64,000 bases of DNA from Felis catus (Eukaryota): contig NC_058368.1 in assembly GCF_018350175.1 (NCBI RefSeq), forward strand, positions 227,914,001 through 227,978,000, written 5' to 3'. This document shows, piece after piece, positions 51,736 to 61,877 of the stretch. Under the pieces are notes generated by a model. It saw nothing but the letters and a program-made list of their open reading frames with translations, ran no database searches and was not told where the DNA came from. The translations under genes and the position numbers were made by a program. Every line of letters begins with the position of its first letter. Within the stretch, counting starts at the first letter, position 1.

Positions 51736-51947
51736 ATTTTTTTTTAATGTTTATTTATTTTTGAGACAGAGAGAGACAGAGCATGAACAGGGGAGGTTCA
51801 GAGAGAGAGGGAGACACAGAATCCGAAGCAGGCTCCAGGCTCCGAGCTGTCAGCACACAGCCCTAGCGGGGCTCGAACTCACGGACCGTGAGATCATGAC
51901 CTGAGCCGAAGTCGGACGCTCAACCGACTGAGCCGCCCAGGCGCCCC
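51736..51947 (-). mobile_element. Can-SINE (preceded by a short + SINE at about 51582-51679)
   Basis: CpG-rich body; TSD ATTTCATTT. Confidence 0.9.
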
Positions 51948-52659
51948 AATTTCATTTGTTTTTGATGATCTGAAGCCATTACCTAAAGGCCCAGACTAAA
52001 GTATACAATATAAAGGCAATTTAAATGAACAAGGAACTCTTCATGAATTTATACCATTTTTACTTTTCATCATTCGTTTTTTCAGACATTTAAGGGATCG
52101 ATCAGCTATATTGAGATATGGGTGGAAAATCTTGTTTTGATAAAAACGTATAACCTTTTTATAAAGGATAAAAATCCTTTTCATAGAGGATTTTTTTGCA
52201 CCTTGGCAAAAAAAAAATCAATGTAATTTTATTATATATGTTTCACGCTAGCATTTAACACTTATCATAATTGCACACCCCAAGTTACGTGTTATATTTT
52301 ACTATTAGATATTGAGGTCTGTACACTGTTTGTGTGAGTAATACTTTCTCCACTTCTGGACAGAAATATTTTGGCAAACCACAATGCTACAAATATTAAA
52401 TACAGTGGAAAAATCCGTTCTGTGTCTTTTTTAATGGGTGCCTTTTTAGTTTAGTCCTTCTGTGGAAATTTTATATTTTCTTCGATGGATAAAAAAGCAT
52501 TCATCCTGTGTGCTTAGCTTTTTTTATTTTATCAGATTTTATTTTTGGTGGAAGTCTAAGTTTTAATTATGGAAGTATTCGTAGCACTAAAACTGTGCGA
52601 ATAAAGCCACTTCAAAATAGATCTTTCATGTTTGTTTTAGACGAGATTGCTGTTATGCG

Positions 52660-52945
52660 ACTGATAATTGTTAAAAGGCCTTGAGAGTAGAGCTGAGGTT
52701 TCCCTGGGATGGAAGAAATTCTGGCCGGAAGCTGCATTTTCGGTCCTACACTGGTGTTTCTAGCCTCACCTTCCTGACGGCCTGTCCTATGGGTTTCTGG
52801 AAGCCAAGTCCTTGATACAGATCTCTTTATATATATAATATATATACAGTTTGCATACATATGTGTGTGCCTGCGCATGGCTGTACATATGGGTATGTAT
52901 GTTATATATTCTACTGGTTCCATTTCTCCAGTAAACTCCGATCGG
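52660..52945 (+). mobile_element. MLT2 (ERVL) LTR 3' part
   Basis: CTGAGGTTTCCC...GAAGAAATTCTG...CTGACGGCCTGTCCTATGG...(TA)n...CTACTGGTTC. Confidence 0.65.
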
Positions 52946-53124
52946 TAAATCTTTTTTTAGTTAAAAAATTTTTTTTTTTGCTATACCTTTAAAATTGGTA
53001 AGCAAGGTTAGGAACCAGCAAACTGTTCCTCTTTTCCCTCCAAGGAAACTCCCTTTGAAGAGCTTAATTTTTGAAAATTTGTCCCCCAGACCCGAGAAGG
53101 TTATATTTACTAAGCTACTATCTA

Positions 53125-53338
53125 AAGTTTATTTAAAGTTTATATTTGTTTATTTTGAGAGAGAGAACAAGCACGAGTGTGGGAGAGGCAGAGAGAGAGA
53201 AGCCAAAGCAATTTCCACGCTGTGAAAGATGCCCAAGATGAGGCTTGAACTCAAGATGAGGCTTGAACTCAAGAACTGTGAGATCACGACCTGGGCCAAA
53301 GTTTGCCGCTCAACCCACTGAGCCACCCAGGCACCCCT
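53125..53338 (-). mobile_element. Can-SINE with 18-bp internal tandem duplication
   Basis: CAAGATGAGGCTTGAACT x2 at 53234-53269. Confidence 0.85.
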
Positions 53339-54719
53339 CTGAGCTATTTTAAATTTCTCCTTTCTTACGTCCATAATCCCTCTGTTCACTAGTATTTGCG
53401 AACTTTAGTAAAATACACCACACACACAACGGCCCCATGTTAATGTTGTTACGGGGACTTACAGGATGGGCAGTACCGAATGTGTGTCTGTCCAAACTGG
53501 GGTTCTTAATCTCAAGCAACACAACTTACCTACGAACGTCTGTTGAGGCAGAAATAAAGAAAAGGCATTGAGTGATATTGGACAGCTGAGAATAGCTGAG
53601 AAGCGTGGACACTGAGGGCTGGACCGATCTCAGGAGGATCTGTCAGAAGCAGCCAGGAACGAGTCCGACACGTTGCCTCAAAAACACCCAGTTGCGGCTA
53701 CTTATGGTGACCTCCCCAGCTGACTGCCGGGCACACGGTGTCGAAAGGCCACCCGCCACCACTGCCTCAGAAAGTCAATGGAGTGTTGCTGCTGCTGCCC
53801 TCTGCCAGAATGTATTCCCTACTGTCCTGTGTTTTTGGGTCACCAGCTCCTGGGTCAAGTCCAAGTTTGGTGCAATTGATTGGTCATGCTTTGGTGAGCT
53901 CTTGATGCCCGGGCAGTGAGGGGATCTGAAAGAGCATTTTGACGCTTTGGGGGAAGAAGGGCTCTGCTTCATGGGAAATTCTCCAAGTGTAGGAGAGGAG
54001 TCAAAGAGGACAGATGTCCACCACGGTGCCTTCTGGTACCACCTCTCTGTGGAAGCCAGCGTGACTGCGGCCGCCTAGACTCCACGGGGCAGTCACGCTG
54101 GAGCACCTGGCTGTTACCAGCGGGGAAGCAGCACTGAGCAATGCAGAGGAGCAGACGGAGCATCCGAGTGGCTGGAAGGCACTGGTGCCTTTGGGCCTCG
54201 TGGACTATGGCCGACTGGAGGGAAGATGGGCATCTGCAGAGTATCTTGGCCGACACTCAGATCCTTAAAGGAGCATCTCTGAAAGATGCCTGTGGAGAGG
54301 AGCCACGCCTGCAGTCCTTCTCAGGACCATCAGACAAAAGCGTCCCAAGGATGTGTGGCTGCCAGGCGTCTTCTCATCTTTCAGCAGGACTCCTGCCCAC
54401 TTGAGTCAGGAGGCTTTGCTCAGCTCATCTTACCTACACGGGGTATAGATATCCCTACGTTAGCTTCCAAGCTCTCTGGTAAGCCTTTTCATCCTTTACC
54501 TTCCAAATCGGGAGTGGGATTCTGGCCACTGGGAAGATGTTGGAGGTCATGGAGTGGACATGATGCCACCCACCCAGCAGCTGTACGTGGGTGGATCTGA
54601 ACAAAACCAAGTGGAGATTTTATTCACAGACTTTTTGACCCCTACCACTTCCCCTCAGGTTGGGACAGTGGCGCAAGTTACCTCTAGTTTGTGACGGTCC
54701 AATTTATAACTCTTAAATT

Positions 54720-54939
54720 AAAAAAAAAATTTTTAACGTTTATTCATTTTTGAGAGACAGAGAGAGACAGAGTATGAGTGAGGAAGAGGCAGAGAGAGAG
54801 GAAGACACAGAATCTGAAGCACGCTCCAGGCTCTGAGCTGTCAGCACAGAGCCCGACGCGGGGCTCAAACTCACAAACCGCGAGATCGTGACCTGAGCCG
54901 AAGTCGGACGCTCAATCGACTGAGCCACCCAGGCACCCC
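54720..54939 (-). mobile_element. Can-SINE
   Basis: Perfect TSD TATAACTCTTAAATT. Confidence 0.92.
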
Positions 54940-55031
54940 TATAACTCTTAAATTTATAAAATAAAATCAACCCCACACAAACAAATCTAATGGTTGGCAG
55001 TTGCCATATCACGCAAGAATGTTTTCAGTTG

Positions 55032-55259
55032 GGGGCGCCTGGGTGGCGCAGTCGGTTAAGCGTCCGACTTCAGCCAGGTCACGATCTCGCGGTCCGTGAG
55101 TTCGAGCCCCGCGTCAGGCTCTGGGCTGATGGCTCAGAGCCTGGAGCCTGTTTCCGATTCTGTGTCTCCCTCTCTCTCTGCCCCTCCTCCGTTCATGCTC
55201 TGTCTCTCTCTGTCCCAAAAATAAATAAAAAAAGTTGAAAAAAAATTAAAAAAAAAAAA
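55032..55259 (+). mobile_element. Young SINEC_Fc-type SINE
   Basis: CpG-intact body, long A tail, perfect 17-bp TSD AAGAATGTTTTCAGTTG. Confidence 0.95.
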
Positions 55260-55538
55260 AAGAATGTTTTCAGTTGTGTGGAACAGAAAACACAATCTAC
55301 AAAGCTTGATTGAAATGTGGGTAGGTTAGTCAACCAACAGTGACTTCTCCCCTTGCCGAGTTTTGTAATTTGCATTCGTATCGATTTGTGAAGTACTAAT
55401 TTCTTCACTGCCTATTGGTGCTTGGTAGCCCACAATTTAGGACAGGCAACAAAAGCTTCCCTCCAAATTAGGAAAGTAACATAGTTAATAAATAAAATTC
55501 TATCCAGTCATCTGCTTTTTAAAAATAAAATTAGAGGA

Positions 55539-55865
55539 GGGGCGCCTGTGTGGCTCAGTGGTTAAGCATCTGAGTTCAGCTCAGATCATGATTTCACGGT
55601 TTGTGAGTTTGAGCCCCACATCAGGCTGTCTGCTGTCAGCACAGAGCCTGCCTCGGATCCTGTCTCCCTCTCTCTCTGCCCCTCCCTCTCTCTCTCTCTC
55701 TCAAAAGTAAATATTAAAAAAAAGTTAAAAAATAAAATTTGAGGGACACCTGGCTGGCCCAGTTGGAAGAGTGTGCAGCTCTTGATCTTGGGGGTCATGA
55801 GTTCAAGCCCCACATTGGAGGTAGAGATTACTAAAAATCAAAACAAAACAAAACTTAAAAAATAT
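55539..55865 (+). mobile_element. Two tandem Can-SINEs
   Basis: Heads at 55539 and 55743; repeated target AAATAAAATT(A/T)GA. Confidence 0.85.
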
Positions 55866-56392
55866 AAATAAAATTAGAATAAGCTATTATATATGACTTC
55901 AGTGGCAGACAAAATCAATTTCACAGAATGCTACATTGCTGACAGGGCACTGTAAAGCACTGTGATTTTGAACATCAGACCTTGAGAAGGAAATGTATGA
56001 TTTTTCAGTCTTTAAATGTATTATAGAACACAGTCATCAAAGGATACTTGGTTGCCAGTCCTGCCTCAGTCAATAAATAGCTTTGTGGCCTCTGGGAAAT
56101 TGGTCTTTGTTTTCTTTTCCATAAAATGATAACCCCTTTTTAAAATAGTGAAATAATAACTGACACTGGTTATTGTCAGATTCGAAATTTTACAGTTCTG
56201 TGTCATTAGTCCTGATGTCTTTGATTCTATATGGCTGGACAATAAATAAATAACCACATGTTCATTCATTTGGTCTTAAATTCAAGAGCTACTTTTTGAG
56301 TGCCTATGGTGTCCTAGGCATCAGAGTCACCAAGGATGAATCTCCTGTTGAAAGACTAATTTAAGTGAGAGTTTTAGTCTGAGATTTACTTT

Positions 56393-56600
56393 GGGGCACC
56401 TGGATGGCTCAGCCAGTTGAGCGTCTGACTCTTGGTTTCTGCTCCGGTCATGATCCCAGGGTCGTGGGATTGAGCCTCATGTTGGGCTCTGTGCTGAGTG
56501 TGGAGCCTGCTTGGGATTCTCTCTCTCCCTCCCTCTGCCCCTCTTCTCCACTTGCACTTTCTCTCTCTAAAATAAAAAACTAAAATCAAATAAAACATTA
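56393..56600 (+). mobile_element. Can-SINE
   Basis: Head, CT tract, A tail. Confidence 0.85.
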
Positions 56601-57411
56601 AAATGTTTTAGGGAAAGAAAAAAAGTCAACTTTTGAATTGAACCTGCTTTAGCAGGTTAGCCAAATCCCTTGCGTGGTGGGATCATTTCCAGCCATGGTC
56701 AGAACAGGCAGGATCTAAGGAAACTACAGTCTCCCCCAGCTCAAGCATCTTCCCATCTACTCTGTCATCTCACTCATGGCTGCCATCACTGAGCCGACTC
56801 CATTTCCAGAAGGCCAAGTTTGAGTACAGCTGTGGGTGGGGGTGGGAGAGCTGGCTGAGACAGCTAGCTGCTGAACAACTACTAACTGCTGGAATTAATC
56901 GGGAATACTAATTAGAAGGGGGTCATCAGAGGGTGGGGCCAAGGGCAAGAAGTCATGGGCCAGAATGACTGGGAAAGGTCTAGGATCCAGGCCAGACCCA
57001 AGAAAGTCTGCTCTAGTGTAAGGATCTTGAACAACATATACCCCTCTGGGAGTAAAGACGAATTTTTAGCAGAAAGAGAAGACCAAAGACAAATTTTTCC
57101 TGAGACAGCATGGACCAAGGAACTCTAGGACTGTAGTGGCCATATTAGCCCTGGCTTTCTTTCTGAAACCAGCCAGACCTGTGCTGGTGTGCCGCTATCT
57201 TAGAAGTGTCCTTCTTCCTCCCACCTCCTCACCTTCCCTACCTTCTGTCATCTCATTATAGCCTAGGGGTAGGCACCAGGTTGAGCCAAGTTGCCAGAGC
57301 TCACAAAATCATTCTACTCTCCTGGTAATATGGCCCTGGGCAAGCCACTTTGTTTCTTTCTGTGTCTCCTCTGTGATATGGGAACGAGTCATAATGGCCA
57401 AATTTAGAAGG

Positions 57412-57627
57412 TTTTTTTTTTAAGTTTATTTATTTATTTGAGACAGAGAAAGAGAGAGAGAGAGAGAGCGAGCAGGGGATGGGCAGAGAGGGAAAAGCAA
57501 ATCCCAAGCAGAATCCATGCTGTCAGTGCAGAGCCCAATGTGGGGCTCGATCTCATGAACTGCAAGATTGTGACGTGAGACAAAATCAACAGTTGGACAC
57601 GTAACCGACTGAGCCACCCACACGCCC
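57412..57627 (-). mobile_element. Can-SINE inside a MIR
   Basis: TSD AGAAGGT(T/G)TTTT; MIR core CCTGGGCAAGCCACTT upstream. Confidence 0.8.
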
Positions 57628-58164
57628 AGAAGGTGTTTTAAGATAAAATGAGTTAATGCAATAATAACCACCTAGCTAAGTGTGAGCTGTCTTTTCCTCT
57701 TCTCAGATCTACCCAATACAGATACCCCTTTTCCCCGGGGCTGTCTTCCCTGGCCAAGGTGACTTCTCACCTCTATTAGAAGAACAACCCCCTTTTTTGA
57801 GGGCTTGGTCCTCAACTCTTCTAAGTGATTAATAGAGTGCACAATTAACTCTGACATATGCTGATGAGAGAGGATGAAGACACTGTGCAGTCCCTGAGAG
57901 CAGGGTAGATGGAACCCAGCTACATGAAGCTCCCCAGGGGGTCAGCATTCTCTTCGGGCATCACGTGCCAGAGGCCCTTTGTAGGCAAAGTCACTCAGCC
58001 TGCCTACAAGGTCAGACAGTGAAAATGCCATTTCTTTCTGGTAAGAATTTGACCATTTGTTCAAGAGTTCATCTGGTATTCAGTAGCACTTACGAACCGA
58101 TGTGATCCTTTCCTCCCCAAGGAGATTTGGGGCTGGTCTTCCTAGAATGTATCCTCCAGTTGAC

Positions 58165-58815
58165 CTGTAGTGTTCAATGCAGTAGTCACCAGAGACACTG
58201 GCTATTGATCATTTGAAATGTGGCTAGTCCCAACTGAAATGTTTGGTAGCGCGAAATATACATAAGGTTTCTAGCACTAAGTACGATTTTTGAATGAAAA
58301 ATATCTCACGAATAACATATATAAATGCATATATATACACAAATATAAACTATACATATATATACACACACTATATATATACAAATATAAACTATATATA
58401 TTTGCGATATATTGGGTTAAAGCAACATATATTTAAAATTAATTTCACCAGTTTCTACTTTTTAAAAACGTGGCTGCTATAAAATACAGATTTACACAGG
58501 TGGCACACAGCATACTTCTTAACTGACTGAGCCACCCAGGCGCCCCTAACACAGTGTCTTTCTTTCAATTTTTTTTTTTAACGTTTATTTATTTTTGAGA
58601 CAGAGAGAGACAGAGCATGAACAGGGGAGGGGCAGAGAGAGAGGGAGACACAGAATCCGAAACAGGCTCCAGGCTCTGAGCTGTCAGCACAAGCCCGACG
58701 CGGGGCTCGAACTCACGGACGGACCGTGAGATCATGACCTGAGCCGAAGTCGGACGCTTAACCGACCAAGCCACCCAGGCGCCCCTAACACAGTGTCTTT
58801 CTAATGGCCAGTGCT
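58165..58815 (-). mobile_element. MER33-like element interrupted by a TA-rich tract and SINEs
   Basis: TGGCTATTGATCATTTGAAATGTGGCTAGTCC...ATATTGGGTTAAA...ATTAATTTCACC; reverse of the 10455 element. Confidence 0.7.
58564..58785 (-). mobile_element. Can-SINE
   Basis: Perfect 17-bp TSD TAACACAGTGTCTTTCT. Confidence 0.93.
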
Positions 58816-59404
58816 AGTCCCCATGGCAGAGGAGAGCTCCCTGATATGAAATCTTTATTTTCTCCTTTGTAAAGTCCTTTAGGGAAGGTTCCTGGGGACG
58901 TCACACGTGCCAATGCAGGTCTTGTTCTGACAGGCAGATAATATTTAGGAAATTCTTTGTCACCTCCAGGTTAAAGCTCAAGGTTAAAACTAGCCTTGGC
59001 GTTCTAAGCTGTTGAATCAGCTGTGAAGGTACTTGACTAGGAAGCCATGAGAGAAAGCAAAGCACGACTCGTGACTCTGGGAAGATGTGCGAATTGAGGT
59101 TGAAACACTCTAAACTCCCGTTTTGATTTTTTTTTCTCCTGAAGCTAGAAACACACAAAACAGTTCGGCATTTAAACACGTTTCCAAATAAGTGGATATG
59201 GCTGGTGCCAGAAGTAACACTCGGCCGAGCCCTAACGAGACGGCACACAGTCGCGAGGCGACAGTCGGGGCTCGGTGGCCGGGAGCTCTGGGCGTCCGCT
59301 CTCCGGGCGCCGGCTCCCCGGGGGCTGCGCAGTCCGTGGGCCCCGAGGAGGCGCCCGAGCGCGGGGCGCGGGAGGAGGCAGCCGGCCCGGGCGGGGCAGC
59401 GCTC

Positions 59405-59418
59405 GTCGCCATGGCAAC
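59405..59418. promoter_or_regulatory. RFX X-box GTCGCCATGGCAAC
   Basis: 13/14 match to the palindrome GTTGCCATGGCAAC, inside the CpG island. Confidence 0.75.
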
Positions 59419-59582
59419 GGCGTGAGCCGCAAACAGCCGCGCCAGCCCGGCGACCCGCGGCCGGAGCGGACGCCGGGAAGCAACGCGGCCGGGGGAGGAC
59501 GACGGCAGAACGGCGGAGCCCAGCGCCGGCCGGCCGGCCTTCACCAGCCGCCTGTCCCCGAGGAGCGCCGGAGCGCAGCGCC

Positions 59583-59594
59583 ATGGACAAACCG
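59583..59594 (+). CDS. Putative coding part of first exon (MDKP, phase-0 donor); product unknown
   Basis: GCGCCATGG strong Kozak context, then CCG|GTAGGC donor; no downstream exon found in the window, so it could instead be a uORF. Confidence 0.4.
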
Positions 59595-60974
59595 GTAGGC
59601 TGCGCGCTCGCCCTGCGCGGGCCCCGCGCGGCTCCCACGCCGGCCCGCCCTCGCGGCGCATGCGCGGCGCCTCGCCGGCCGAGCCCGGCGCTCCCTCCGC
59701 GGGGTGAGCGCGCTGGCGGTGCCCGCGGGCTTCACCTCCGGGGCTGGGGCGTGAAAGCGCTTCCCGGAGTTTGTGGGGCTAGAGTTGCTGGGTTATGAGT
59801 TTGGCAGCTTTTCTCAGGGGTGGTGGTCAATCGTGCCCACCAGGGCATCCCTAGCATGCAAAAGCCATAGGCTCCTACCTCATTCCTGTATCTTCAACCC
59901 CTCCTCCCTCCCTCTTGCGGAAAGGCCACTTGGTGGTGGTCGGTGGCGCGGCCCCAAGCGACTCATTGTCCCATGGCGAGCATCAGGGATATCCAGGTGT
60001 GGCGGAGGCCGCTTCGGTGCCAAGTTTGCTGGCTGTTACTAGCTCTCATTGGCCCTGGGGTTTGGACGAGAGCGAATGTTTAGTTCCCTTGGAGAGAGCG
60101 GGCGGCAGAGGGAGTGGGATGTGTGCGCACAAAGCCCCATTAGGTGGTTTCCTTACGTCTTTTGCAGTTATTTGCCTCGGTGCACAGCAGATGAGAAAGG
60201 GCTGGAGACCTACGTGCATTGAAATCAGCTTTCATTTCCAATGGCTCTGTGCTCTTTCTCTCTCTCAAATGAATATTGTGGGGTGAAAAAACCCCAGTAC
60301 TTGCTTTTGCATTTATCTTCGAGAGAGATGGTACTTAACATGTATTTTTCACTTACACTCTCTATAGTTCCACAACTAGAGGAATCTATTACGCGAATCA
60401 TGAACTATGCACCCTAGTCAATAAAATCTGCATCACGATTTAATAAATGTAGATGTACACTTATTTAATTAAGAGCAGTGTATGTAGTTTATGTGAGTTC
60501 ACTTCAACGTTTTCCTCCTCTCCGTAGATATTTACCTTACTCAAAATTAGCCGTTTTATTCTTGTGAGCATCTTTTATGGTATTCATATTAATGTCCTTA
60601 TTTTCCTGTGATAAATATGTTATAAATACTTGGAATTTCCAACATATATCTATTTTGTGTTTCATTAAGACAAATTCTCATTAGTTCTTTTTCGTCTTTT
60701 TAGTGACTTCCCCCCATTTTCTGTCAGAGAAAATAGAGACCCTGAAATGACGGAGGGCATTGCTATGTGTAATACCAGTAAACCAATGACTTTTTTGCAT
60801 CTTAATTAACAAAAATCCATATATTATATAATCTTACATACATTTTATCCTCTCAGGTTATAAAACATGGCTATCAACCTTATACCATGTTCTTATGCTT
60901 TATTATGCTTGCTTTAATATTGAAAAAATTAGATCACTAAAGCAGTATTGTTCCAATTTCATAAAAATAAAAAA

Positions 60975-61193
60975 GGGTGGCTCAGGCGGTTGGGCGTCCG
61001 ACTTCGGCTCAGGTCATGATCTCATGGTTCGGTGGGTTCGAGCCCCGCATCGGGCTCTGTGCTTACAGCTCAGAGCCTGGAGACTGCTTCGGATTCTGTG
61101 TCTCCCTCCCCCTGCCCCCTCCTCTGTTCACGCTCTCCCTCTGTCTCAAAAATAAACATTAAAAAAATTTTTTTTAAATAAAAAAAATAAAAA
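60975..61193 (+). mobile_element. Can-SINE, 5'-truncated by a few nt
   Basis: Body and A tail; TSD AAAAATAAAAAAGG. Confidence 0.88.
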
Positions 61194-61564
61194 AGGTTTG
61201 TAAATATGTATAGAAGACAGAATAAAAGGACATCCACCAAAATGTTGATATTGATTATCTCTGGCTGGTGGCATTAAAGAGGAATTTAATTTTCTTTAAA
61301 CTTTTTCTATAATGAACATACATATGATAAATATATAAATATGTATACATTTTAATATAAATTATGTATTTAAATATATAAAAAAACATTTAAATAGGAT
61401 ATAGATATATGAGGTCAATTATAAATGATAAATATTTATATTTATAGGGATTTTGTAGTTAGAAAAATTATAGGGAAGAATGCCCCTTAAATGTTTTCAT
61501 GACTTTCTTCCTCTAGAGCAAACTTAGCATTCCTTTGTAAATATTTTTTAAAGATTTTGTTAAA

Positions 61565-61877
61565 TAATTTTTTTTAATGTTTATTTATTTTTGAGAGAGA
61601 GAGAGATTGTGAGTGGGGATGGCCACAGAGAGAGGGAGACACAGAATCTGACGCAGGCTCCAGGCTCTGAGCTGTCGGCACAGAACCCGATGCGGGGCTT
61701 GAACTCACAAACAGTGAGATCAGACCTGAGCTGAAGTTGGATGCTTCACCGACTGAGCCACCCAGGCGCCCCCAGATTTTATTTTTAAGTAATCGCTAGA
61801 CCCAATGTGAGGCTGGAACTCACAACCCTGAGGTGAAGAGTCACAGGCTCCACCCACGGAGCCTGCCTGGCGACCCC
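61565..61877 (-). mobile_element. Can-SINE (61565-61772) inserted in the tail of a short SINE (61775-61877)
   Basis: Two reverse heads; repeat AGATTTT(G/A)TT. Confidence 0.85.

Larger units (their letters stand above)
59200..59780 (+). promoter_or_regulatory. CpG-island promoter and first exon of an unidentified + strand gene
   Basis: Abrupt very high GC and CpG density; GC box 59389-59396; X-box 59405-59418; NRF1-like GCGCATGCGC 59656-59665; Kozak ATG followed by a splice donor. Confidence 0.88.

Noticed and set aside
58315..58400. Repeated ACAAATATAAACTATA units and TSD triplets superficially resembling repeat-spacer arrays
   Set aside because: TA-rich microsatellite decay and retroposon TSDs in mammalian DNA; no CRISPR-like regularity and no cas genes
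59583..59594. Naming the gene (FAM81A came to mind from locus layout)
   Set aside because: Four codons and an unverified recollection are not evidence; a BLAT or synteny check is needed
58901..59798. Long overlapping ORFs (245, 197 and 183 aa) on both strands
   Set aside because: Stop-codon depletion in a CpG island; low-complexity Arg/Ala/Gly/Pro content with no recognisable domain
237..61162. Many ORFs sharing peptides such as AQSVKRPTSAQVMIS...LTAQSLEPASDSVSPSLS or GAPGWRSRLSVRLQPG, which look like a repeated protein family
   Set aside because: All are translations of Can-SINE bodies in different frames
221..61877. tRNA-like A/B boxes suggesting tRNA genes
   Set aside because: Each continues into a SINE body and tail; these are tRNA-derived SINE heads
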